A stretch of 64,000 nt of DNA, taken from Tubiluchus corallicola. Lineage: Eukaryota; Animalia; Priapulida. Below, piece by piece: positions 1 to 11,822 of this stretch. The position numbers and the translations under genes are program-made. Where the stretch lies: NCBI GenBank assembly GCA_030141605.1, contig JAQGDQ010000329.1:124001-188000 (forward strand). Reading direction: 5' to 3'. Position 1 is the stretch's first letter. Each line of letters starts with the position of its first letter. The notes beneath the pieces were generated by a model that did not search any database, was not told the DNA's origin, and saw nothing but the letters and a program-made list of their open reading frames with translations.

Positions 1-539
1 TCGCCCTTCCCATTTGTCTCTCCTGCCTTTCTCTCTCCTTCTCACCCTCAAACTCTATCCTGCTTTTTTTCAACTATCTCTCCCCTAATCGGAAAAAGCC
101 GAAAAACTAGTCAAGTTTTCTATTCAAAATGTCCCACAAGGGCAAAAGAAAATCACCATTCTGTATACTAAGTGTAAAAATTTCATACGAAGTAAGTAAA
201 GATGTCCTCCAAAAATAGAGTGAAACTAATACCTATCCACATACCTATCCCAAACTATTTTTAGTGAGGAGAGAAAAACAAGTATGTAGCACATGTGTGG
301 AAGGATGCGTGCGCGTGTGTATTTATGTGTGCATGTGTATATATGTATATACATGTGCTGTATATATGCATATGCATGGTCTGTATGTGCGTGTACATGC
401 GTGCATATTTATTTATACATCTAATAAGGCATACAACTTAAAATGCACCCGTAAAGTCCAAAACTTAAATGTTTAATTGACACACATCTATCACATCATT
501 TATTAACAATAGAAGCATGACTAAAAATTACGATAATGT

Positions 540-905
540 ATATACGTTATTGTTGCATAGGTTCACTATCTACTATTTATTGTATCTTTTTCCTTTAATT
601 TTATCACTGTTTTTTGAGTTTGTTTGTTTTTGCTCATATTGTTTTTCCATATCTATTTGTAGTTTTTTATAGTAATTTTGCAGCACATATAATTATTAAT
701 TTATTAATTTAAGAAGGGTAGCTGTCTCGATGATTCGAAGGTCTTTCGCTACCCTTTCTCTTGCAGCCACTTAATCACACATTAATAATTTTCTTCCTCT
801 TATTTTCGTGTAAATTTTATATGATTAATCATTTTGTGCATTTTATGTAAATGTGCACTATAAGAGATTAATAAACGTGTCTATCTCTACATCTATGTCT
901 ACGTC
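540..905 (+). mobile_element. Probable 3' end of a non-LTR retroelement (second copy ~18100-18466)
   Basis: Stem-loop aagggtagc...gctaccctt (714-756), then AATAAA (870-875) and a degenerate hexamer tail (gtctat ctctac atctat gtctac). Related stem-loop sequence in reverse orientation at ~15686-15730, ~32753-32797 and ~59965-60015. Confidence 0.45.
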
Positions 906-1740
906 TGGCACATTCTTTTAGGCCGAGTCCTACAAAACTTTCGTAAATCACGATGCTGTGTTTTTTTATGTTTCTCAATTTGCATATATTTTCGCACGGA
1001 GTGCAGTGTGTTATACACTAATGAGGAGTCATACATTTCTTGCTCCTGTTATTAAGCTTCCAACAAGGCAAAATACTAACAGTCATTGGGAAAGAAAATT
1101 AATGCACTGTCTAATTTTGAACGTTAAATAAAAGGTATACGCACACCACAAAAGAGCTACAGTGAGATACCTGTGAAAAATATAGCTAAAGTATCTAAAA
1201 CAGGTTCTAAATAATGCACAGTGCATTTAGCTTGGCTGACAAAACTTCCTATTTAAGAGAAGTTCTGGCTACAGGGTAAAGTCTTTAGCTTGCAGTTCTA
1301 TGACTGCGAGGCTGCATTTTATGAATCTGCAGAAAGTCTTAAGATTTAATGAATAACCGTTAGTAACACGGAGAATGATCATACTAAAAAAGTAATCAAC
1401 TAATGCATATAATTAAAAATATTTTAAAATGTGACACTAATTTAGGAACTTGTAACTACAGGCCAATACACTTCTATACACATAGCAAAATAAGCTACAG
1501 CATTTGTTTTCATAATAAGTGAGAGTATGGCATTTTACAAGCATCAGCTTGGCAAGTAATCTGCCATTGAAAGCTAAAAGCCAGGTTGCACAGTTCCACA
1601 CTATTTCTAGAGATGGTACTTTAGGGTACTTCTAAATGCTCTTTACTGCAATCCAAACATCTTTTTTACATTGATCTCATGAAATAAAAGATCAGCACAG
1701 CACAGTAATTTATGGACACACACTATGAGATAATGTAAAC

Positions 1741-1817
1741 AGCTGATTGGCTAGAGTGTGTTTTTAGTGGACGAGCTCAAGCAACGTCGTGACTGGTCAG
1801 TGAATGGATGGGTGACC
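1741..1817 (+). mobile_element. 5S rRNA-derived repeat fragment (SINE3-like head); second copy 19302-19378
   Basis: 1774-1817 agctcaagcaacgtcgtgactggtcagtgaatggatgggtgacc resembles the 5S internal control region (AGCTAAGC...CTGGTTAGTACTTGGATGGGAGACC). The 5S 5' and 3' ends are absent. Confidence 0.65.
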
Positions 1818-4016
1818 AACAAGTCTGACCTATATTTATTTTAGTTTAATTTGCAATACAGATTCTGGCTGTTTATCACTATCAGTGCACATGGACATTA
1901 ACACACAAACATAATGTCAAATATACTTATCTGTCTTATTTCGTTTACTAAAGAAATATCGCAAAATGACAACAGAGTTGAATTCATATTTCCCATTTTG
2001 CTTGTTTACTATGGTTAGTCAAAGAAGAGCTCTTAGCAATGAAACTACTCGACAAAATTTAATACAGAAATTTTAATTCATTTTGGACATAGGGCCTAAA
2101 ACATAAGTTTGCAGATTAGCAATATACAGTAGAACGAATTACGTTTGGTCATAATAAGTCAACCATTAATTTGATAGTCTTCATATAAGAGTTTGCAAAA
2201 AAGTTACAAATTACTTTTACAATTACATATGTGCACATGTGAAGGATATTTACCTAAAAAGCATTAAATCTTCTCAGTTATGAACGTTAATGTTGGCGAG
2301 CCAAAAACCATTCAATATTTTTTTTGGATTTCTTCTTTAAACAATATAGTACCTAAACTTGTACATAAGTTCAAAACCTCTTGGTACTGAAAGTTATAAT
2401 GTTGCTATCCATTCTTCTGCCACCTACAACAATCCCTATTATTTAACTTATCTAGTGATCTAAAAAATAACAAAATCTTAAAGCAACTGTTTTTTACAAT
2501 AGCAAAGAAAAATTCTAGACATTACAACCATATGCATAATTTGCTGCTGTAGAATGTGTAAAAAATTCACAAAACACGTTTCAGCACACACAATGTTTAG
2601 CACCCAGTCTTGACTAACCTAGTGAAAACTATGTTACACTCAAAATAAACATATAATTACTGAAACAGCCAAACAAAAATTAAAACATATGTATGCAAAA
2701 CTGTACATTATTTCAAAATCATAAAGAAAGAAAATAGATTTCAATAAAATGTCTAAAAATGAATAACATCATCTCTGAAATTTTCTCTAATAAAAGCACA
2801 TCCGTATAAAATCTTGAAAGCTGCAGATGGAAAAGTAAGTTTTCTATGAATGTAAATCGTTAGACAATTGTTAAAACTGATATTAAAACAACACTCTTAT
2901 AGATGTATATTATAAGCAAAAATAGTGAAAATATTCAAGTAAGAATAGTAAATAAAATGTATAAACAAAACGAAATCTAATTACTGCACAGTCACGTTAT
3001 GAATTTGACTGGTTTGCATAATTGGTAACTACAATTGTACATAGAGATTCAGTTTCAATGTAAGAAGAACTTGATTCTTTTAATGAAAACAAAAAGAGAG
3101 ACAGCAAACTGGTAAATGGCTCACTTTCAAAAATGTTTTTTGCATCACAGTACCTGACAAAGAGTTTTTACTTTTTCCAAGTAATTACTTTTATGCATCT
3201 CAGCTGCATTTTCTGAATATTGTGCGTGATTCTATCCCTATAATTTATTTTAAGAGTTTTATTTGTTAAGGATATGTAAACATTAGCTGATACCACAGTA
3301 ATAAAAAAATTAAATTAAAAAAATAATTTTTCATTTCTAGTACTTATTTACTACTAATAATAATTTATTAAATTTAATAAAAATAAAATCTTCCCAGAGT
3401 AATAAGGGTCATAGTTCATCATGTTCTACTTTGCTGACATCGTCTGAAGCTTGAGGATCAAACAACCACGGAAACAACATGACGAAGCTGTCTGCACTCA
3501 CATCATACAACTCCTGCCAGCTGATGCTGCCATCTTCATTCGAATCTAGGAAGCTAAAAACCTGAAATTAAAAACCCTCCGATGTTTTCAAAATAGTTAC
3601 CTAGGAAAAATATGAAGGCAAACACTAACTATCAGAATAAACTTGATAGAACTTCTTTTGTCTATTTGGACAGAAACTTACATTTGCTCAAATTTAACAG
3701 CAATAAAAAGTAAACTTATTGTTGTATAAATGCCAGGCAACAATAGTCACCTACGCATAAAGACTCACCTTGATTATAAACAATAGAACATATAATAAAA
3801 GGATAAAGGCACTCGTTTTTTTGTTATATTTTTAGTTTTATCCAGGGGAAAAAGGGAATAATATTAATGATTAAGAACTCTTTATTAAGACCAATAATAA
3901 TGAATATCATTGAACAAATCACAGCATTAAATAATTTATAAATAGTGTATAATTATATATATAGTTATATAAATTTTGTATATATAATATATATATAATT
4001 ATATAAATTATATATA

Positions 4017-4162
4017 TATAAATTTTGATGAGTGGTTTTTCTTCTGGTTGAAAAAATACATATACATATACACATACGCATATATATATATATATATATG
4101 CGTATGTGTATATGTATATGTATTTTTTCAACCAGAAGAAAAACCACTCATCAAAATTTATA
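4017..4162. repeat. Perfect 146-bp spacerless palindrome centred on (TA)n
   Basis: Checked base by base: 4017-4089 is the exact reverse complement of 4090-4162. Confidence 0.95.
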
Positions 4163-5432
4163 CAAAACGAACCTTCCGCAATTGTTTTCGACTTCCCAAA
4201 AACGATAAATAGATATTCCAAAAATCAATTTCTGAAATCTGTGTATAATTTTCAGCTTTCAGAAGAAGATCAGCTCTGAAAACAGTGAAAAATAAACTAG
4301 TTTACAAAAATTATAATACAATATGCAATTTGACAGTTTCATAAAACAGTTTTAAGACAGTAATCAATGTTTGTGGCATGCTTGTAGTGTTTGTTCAGCA
4401 ACCAAAGTTAAGCAGCAATGGGAGCAATTAGATGTATCACAGCAGACCACTAAAGACAACTAAATTCAACCATAAAGTTACCTTTTAATTGTTTCAAGAA
4501 CCGTTGAAACTTTCAGAAAAGTTGGAACTCACACGAAAAAATTGAGGCTGGCAAGCCCAAATGTTGTTGCCTTTTCAGTTTTTGCCCATAGCCAATTTGT
4601 ATTGAGTGACTATTAAATTACACACACACAAACAATCAGTAGTAATGGAGTGGCACACTCAGTAGGAAAGCCCACTTACTGTAATGAACGTAGCAGAACA
4701 GACAATCTACATCATTAAAAGGGATAATTGTTTAAAAGAAAACAAAACATAATCTACCCCATTTTGAAAAACGGCAAAAAATATACATTTTAACACTCAT
4801 GATAATACCAAAGTGTTTCCAATAATTACATAATACATTAAAACACCATAATACAATTAACGATGCCTGTACCCAACTACTGATGACATCACAACTGAGC
4901 ATATTGCAGATGTTTGCAAAAGCGAAAATTGAAGTACAAAGCTACTATACAATATTCAGTGTGATACATAAGAATTATGCAAATTTAAAATTTAAAATTC
5001 AAATTGCAAGCTTACCGCTGTGCCCATGCATGACCTCTTGAATGTGTGTCTCACAAGAGAACACCGCTGAAATGAGAGGTACAACGCATTTCCGAAATGT
5101 AGCACTAGTGCCTGTCTAACTAGCGAATGGCGAAATACATGTAACAATGAAGAACTATGAACACAGTTTCTACGGTAATAATTCTTAGGTCGCATAAGTC
5201 ACTCTTGAAAAAACATTTTGTTAGGGTTAGGTTTCAACATTCTATAACGTAGCTTACTTTGAGTTACAGTTTAAGAATGAGTCTAGTTTCCTTCAGAATA
5301 ACAAGATATGCAAACAAGAAGAAGATGTTATCAGATATATATAAATATAATATATTATATACAGATTCTTGCCAGTTGGATAAATAGCCCAGAGGTAATA
5401 TGGTAAGTAAAGCTGTTCAAAGATATTTTTCT

Positions 5433-5510
5433 TTGGTCGTCAGTTCATTTACTAACCAGGCCAGTGCTGCTAAACTTCAGTTGCTAAGCACACCCCTTGA
5501 CCACTCAATT
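5433..5510 (-). mobile_element. 5S-derived repeat fragment (second copy ~22871-22948)
   Basis: The reverse complement contains tgaagtttagcagcactggcctggttagtaaatgaactgacgacc, similar to the 5S A-box to C-box region and to 1741-1817. Confidence 0.5.
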
Positions 5511-6693
5511 ATTCCCCTCAATTTGCATTACTAAGTAAATATGTCACATTGAAAAGCTGATTTTAATCTGTGCAAACTTATATAAATTCCTAAGAAGCAC
5601 TTTTAAAATAATACCACGAAAATTTTCAGACAAAAATGTCCCACAAAAAAATTTCTTAGACCTCTTTCATTATAATAAATGCTGCAGCAAATATGTGTGC
5701 GCAGAAACATGAACACAATACTTTGTTTTTGTTTAGACTCGTAACATATACACTTGTAAGAGTTAACGCATAAAATGAGCAATAAACTTGTTTCAGGCTT
5801 TTACTGATTCATCTTACTTTAATGGTTCATTAGACGACGAATAAGGAATCTTGTCCAAAGTTTCAAAATCTGGTAGATCTCCTGATGACTCCAAAAATCT
5901 GTAATTGTATTTGTCTTTTCGTTATCCTCACTCCTTTCATAACGCATTCATTGAAACATATTATAACTATATGTACATATGAAAATAACAAAAATTCTCT
6001 TCTCTACATTAGCTCAAGCTATTTGATAATTATTGATTACTATCGTGCATAAATTTTAACTCAATCACCTCTCAAAAAGCTAAAAATATAATATAATATG
6101 TAAAACCCACTCCCATGACCATCTTTATCCAAACTGTTTTTTCTCGCTATCCTACTCAGACTGACCTGCCTAACTGTTCCTGTTTAACACTTCTTATAAA
6201 CTTCTATTCTCGCTAGTACAAACTATATTTACTAACAATTGCCAGGTGCCACTTAGCTGGTCGGCCGCTGCTGTAGCGATATGCTTCAGTTTAAACCTAG
6301 ACATGTGCTCGCATCTAGCATAACCTCTTGGTTATCGCATTTCCAGGGCCAATTTTATATTGGTTTTCATAAACAAAAAATTTAGGCTGAGAGTTCAGGT
6401 TCAGGCCATTTCACAAGTAGTGGTACAGTATCAGTCACGCACTGAGTGATCAGTACAATAAAATGGTCAACCAGTTTCAAACATACTGGAACGAGAGAGT
6501 TACTCATCTCATCCACTGTTCACTTAGAATTGGCCTGATTTGCAAAAATTGGCCTTCGTTTTGCAACCGTAGTAATGGACATTGCAACACAGACCAGTAA
6601 ACATCGTGAAGAAAATTTAAACAAAAGAAATAAAAACTGTTAAGAGGCTTTTGAATAATATAATTTTAGTTTTGCATTATAAAAGCATATTTC

Positions 6694-6798
<105 letters not shown>

Positions 6799-9700
6799 CT
6801 TACAATGTTTTAACGACAGGTGCTTTAATGACATTCTGTTAGGCATATATCGTCCTTATGCATATATGTAGCAAAAGAAAAAAACAGATCCAAAATGGAA
6901 GACGAAACTGCACAGGACACAGGAGAAATTTTCCTGGCAGCTACCATCCATTCATTAACTAGAACACTACTGCTTAACTTCGTACCAAAGAATGCACTAT
7001 AACTACTCATCTATACACTAATTCTTTCCAAGCAAGTGTCCTAAAATCACGGTTTTTCTTGAATTTCAACACACTAGTTATTATTAACCAAAGGCATAGA
7101 AACACAATGACAGCTAAAACTCCAACAAAAAGTATGTATAAATGACGCATGGGATAAATGGTGTAAAATATAGTTTCAAAACAGTGATATCTCAATGCCA
7201 GAACAAGAGTAATCATCAGATGTTACAAGCAAATCCTTCAAAAAATTAAGTTTTTTTAAAAGATCCGGCTGTAACAACTGATGACGACTCCCATTAGGAT
7301 AAGATGAAATGTCGCATTTTTGAATACATATTTTACATCTCACTTGCCATTTATAGCCTCCGACTTACGACCACAATCGGTTCCAGCAGATTACATGACT
7401 TGCACGCAAGTAGGACCTGTATGTTCAAACAGTGTGCCCCTACTCAAAAGATGTCGTGAGTACGCGAACTAAAGTATGTTAGTGTCCAAGAAAGAATTTA
7501 TCAAAACACGTAGGATTTTAAAATTAATTTGCTTAAAAAATAAGGAAAACTGAATTATTATTATTAGTTCTGTATAGAGAATTAAATTGTGCTGGGATCG
7601 CAAAGTCGAACAGTTGTAAGTTGATGTAATAACTACCTTTATTGTTTGTTTGTTAGTGTATATTTTCAAGTGTTGCCAAAACATGTTTGTAAGCTAAAAA
7701 TTCATAATAAATACTATAAACATGTAGCTAGAGCTACACAATATAAAATACAAACCCTGTAGGTAAATAGAAACAATCACCAGGTTCGAGAGATATCCAG
7801 TAATACGGCACATCACGAAGGCCAGGATATTTGAACATGTCAACTTTATCCACATCAACTGTACTATAGCCACTTTCCGATCTGTCAAAAACTATGTACT
7901 TGTCAGCAATCCTCTGCAACACGTACGTTATAGTAAAAGTTAAAATAATTGAAAGTAATTAGCAGTTATAATGCTTTTTCCATTTGGAAAATAGATACAA
8001 TGCAAAATTATAGTTCAGTAAGAAAACTTTAATAAAATACAACTCTTTTAATATTAAATAAAAAGCACCTATTACCCAATTACAAAGAGATGTAAATTGT
8101 GTGCACTACACAGAACAAAGTTAGTATGATTTTTGATGTAATTATTAATCCATTGTTAATTTGTAAAATTCTGATTAGGAGCGGCCACTAAGCTAGTAAG
8201 CTAATGTACAGACAAATACCACATCAGCAGACTGCAAGATGAAATCCATTCTTGACTCTTGAGTTCCAGATCAGATTGTAAATAACCAGATTGTATATAC
8301 TTAGCTCAGTTTAGTAAACTAACAAGCAAGCTTTATTTCAAGGTGGTTTTAAAAAGTCCAAGTTTCGTTAACTTTCTCACAAACAAGTAAATAATTTTCA
8401 AACATGCCGTTTCTTCAAACTAACAGGTAACTTTAACTATTATGTATAATTTTCACTATACTGTACTTTAAATTATATATTTATTAAAATTTTAGTCTGT
8501 TTTATCATAAACTAACCTTATCAACAAGAAAAACATTATCAACATTTCCTTTTGGCCATCTACAACACAGTTGATATTGTCCACGTTGTCATAGTGAAGC
8601 ACAGATGTTGTTGCTCCACTGCTGAACCAAAGTACAGCATCTTGTATCAACTTTGTAAAGCCACCACACAAAAGACACCTCAGTATTCCTACATCACCTA
8701 GAAAAAAAATGTGATGTCTTCCATAAACTGTTGAAGCTTTAGTTAAATGCCACCAAATATATTACACAATAAGCAAGCAAATTTAAATACTAGATAAAAT
8801 TGGGTATATTGAGTCTTATTAGACAAGGAACCGCCCTATAAAAGTTAAACAAATAACAAATAAACAAATAAAGCACGAAGCAGACTCGCAATCATGAAAG
8901 CATTTAGACTAGCAAGCTAACAATCGATACTGAAATGAGTACGCTTGCAGCAAGAAACATCAAAACCCCAAAAACTCGTTAACATAAAGTGATACCCACG
9001 GGCATCTGAAATAACTGTGCACTGTGTCACTGACTAAGTAAGCTAATCATACATGAGATCATACACAAATAAAATGGGAACTGAGCTAATTTCAACATCT
9101 GAAGCAAGGTATTCTGCACAAAAAACAAGAATGGTCACTGACTGACTGACTTACATAGCCCCTCCTTGACACTAATGAGAAGATAGTGTCCAGCAAGTGT
9201 CAAAAATATGACCAGCAAAACGGAGTTATATAACTAACCTAGACGATCAACTGATGTTGTGATTGCATAATTTCTGCCATAATGGAAATATTTTGTTAAG
9301 CAGCTTAATCTCATAGTGCAATATCATGTCATAAACCTATAACATAACACAGTACAACAACGAAAAGTTTTCAGTAAAAAAATTATAATGGCAAGGTGAA
9401 GCCTTAAATTAATATAATATAACAGTTTTTTCTCATTGCAGATTTATGACTGTCATCAGACTTCATAATGTTTCAGTTCATCTGTTTCAATACATTTGCA
9501 TAAAAATAGCAAAATAGTAGAGTTAAAAAGACAAATGAAACTCACAAAAGTGAATTTATTCAACTTTTTCCTCTGTGCCTGATTCTTATTTTTTGCAAAC
9601 AGAAGATGATTTCTACTTCTTCTAATACAAGTCTTTTACACTCCATTATCGACAGATCTCTGCAACTACTATAGTAAAACTGCTAGACCTGTCAAATAAC

Positions 9701-11822
9701 ACCCACACGAGCCATTTGCACAAAGTACCCTGCAAAACCTCAGGCAAATCCTGCTTTTAAGAAGACTAATGGTTCACCTATCAAGAGATATCAAATCAGT
9801 TAAGAACAACAAAACATGAGACAATGTAAGATGAGCACGAGAATGACAGATAATGCATTAGTAGTAGCCACAATAGGTTGTATAAAGACGTTTGCTTTTT
9901 GCTACTCTGCAGCAGATTCACAGATATTGTGCCAGTGAATTTACAGTGCATTAACAAAATTATTTAGGTGAACAAAGTTATGTGCATTAACAACATATAT
10001 AGGTGATTAAACAGTGACCGGTAATAAAGTCACAGAGAAAAAAGTCACAGAGAAAAAAGCTACAATTTTTGCTGGAAAAGAAAGGCAGGTAATCAAACAA
10101 AAATATTCAAGTCAGTCACAAATTATGTAAGTACTATAAACAATTTAACTAATAAAACAGAAAATATTTTAAATCAGTTATTAGCTGGCAATACATGATT
10201 TGTACATATTTGACAACACTATTTATATCCGATGGCATTATACATATGTGAAAAAAATCACGTTTTTTCAATATCTTAGGGTCAGTGTTAGTGTTAGGGA
10301 GTGTATTTCTTTTTTTCACATAGCATTATTACCTGGATTCAATTAAACTTACTGTGTATTAGTAAAGTACTTTTCGTTTATTGCAGTGAAAACAATTACA
10401 CTACTTCAGTTGCTGGTGTAATTTTAGCAGTTCACTTACAAATTTCATGTTTATGTGAACTTCTGTGCAACTAAGGCAACCTTTAACAATTGATTATTGA
10501 TCCAATATGAAAAGCAAACGTAAAGCAAATATAGCTTTAAATTAACATAATGAGCACTAACATGGGAATTTTCTCGTGAAATTCAGTATCATAACAAATG
10601 CTACATTAGTATCTTAGTTCTGAAATAAAACAAGTACAAGAATCTCCATTTAATTTGACACTCTGTCTCCCACAGAAGCATATCATGCATGCTGTACTTG
10701 CCAACATAGCATCATTCAAAAAATGAACAGCAGTCACATGTCGACTTCTATTCTTGTATTAATTCTGGTTTTTATTTATTTATTCCTTAATCTTTTTATT
10801 TCTCTAATAACTGGTAAATGCACAAGGCTAGGGTCACAAAACTGACAGAGTACTCTCATCATATAGGGGAATTTATGTTTATATGTCACCTGTCACTCCC
10901 GGACCAGAGGTTACTCAGTGGTTGAGATCTTGCACATGTGCCATGTATGTATGGGAAATTTTCCATGGAGGGCGGACGAAAAACGGAAATTGATAGTAGG
11001 GGAAAGAAGTGAGACAAGGGACGAGCAACAGTAACTTATAGCATATCAAATAAAGGTCTCGACGAGGCAAACTGAACGGCAAGAGTTATGCCCAGATTCA
11101 CCTAAGGGCAAAAACCAAAATTGGATGTGCCAGGGATACACTCCCAATGTCGAACAAGTAACTTGTAATATATCAAATGAAAGAATTAATGAAAGGAGTT
11201 GAATGGTATAAATTACACCAACATTGGTCACAAGCGAAAGTTACAAATTCCGATTTTAATACCTTGTGGTACATCAAATGAAAGGTCTCAACAAAACAAA
11301 CTGAATGGTGAGCATGAACCAAGATTGGTCCCAGGTCAAAGATAAAAAAATTTGAAGTTTGAATTTCACTAAAGCAAAATGCAATGCCTAGCACATTCAA
11401 TAGAGTCAATATAGTGACCTTCAGTACCTTAACCTAGATTAGGGGGGCGTAAAAGTGACCAGGCCCGATTTCATTGAGTCTATTAATGTCAAGCACAACA
11501 GTGCCTTATGTACACTGCTAATTATTTTGAAGAACGTCTCCTATATGTTAACATGAAACAAAAGCTGCCACTTAAAAGCATCTCTTGCCACAGAAGCAGA
11601 ATCTTATCACAGATTCTGACACGGTCAAAAATGTCCACTAGTTCTGACTGTTATTAAGCTCAATGTTAAATTATCTCTTCATCCATGACCATGCAAATTC
11701 CATAAACTGACTTTCCTTTTTATCCATGCAACTGTTCTGGAAAACTCTGCATAAACCTACAAAGTGCACTATCATAAAAGTAACTATGTTCATTATATTA
11801 TGTTACAGAATATACTATAAAG

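Noticed and set aside
264-476. 70-aa ORF (and its copy at 17825-18037)
   Set aside because: Translation of a degenerate TG/TA low-complexity tract with a GTG start; no domain signal.
1774-1817. Functional 5S rRNA gene
   Set aside because: Only ~45 nt of the internal region match, with substitutions; there are no 5S termini or Pol III terminator.
3919-4221. YI-rich ORFs (also 21492-21791)
   Set aside because: By-product of the palindrome and (TA)n. The real exon 6 is in a different frame.
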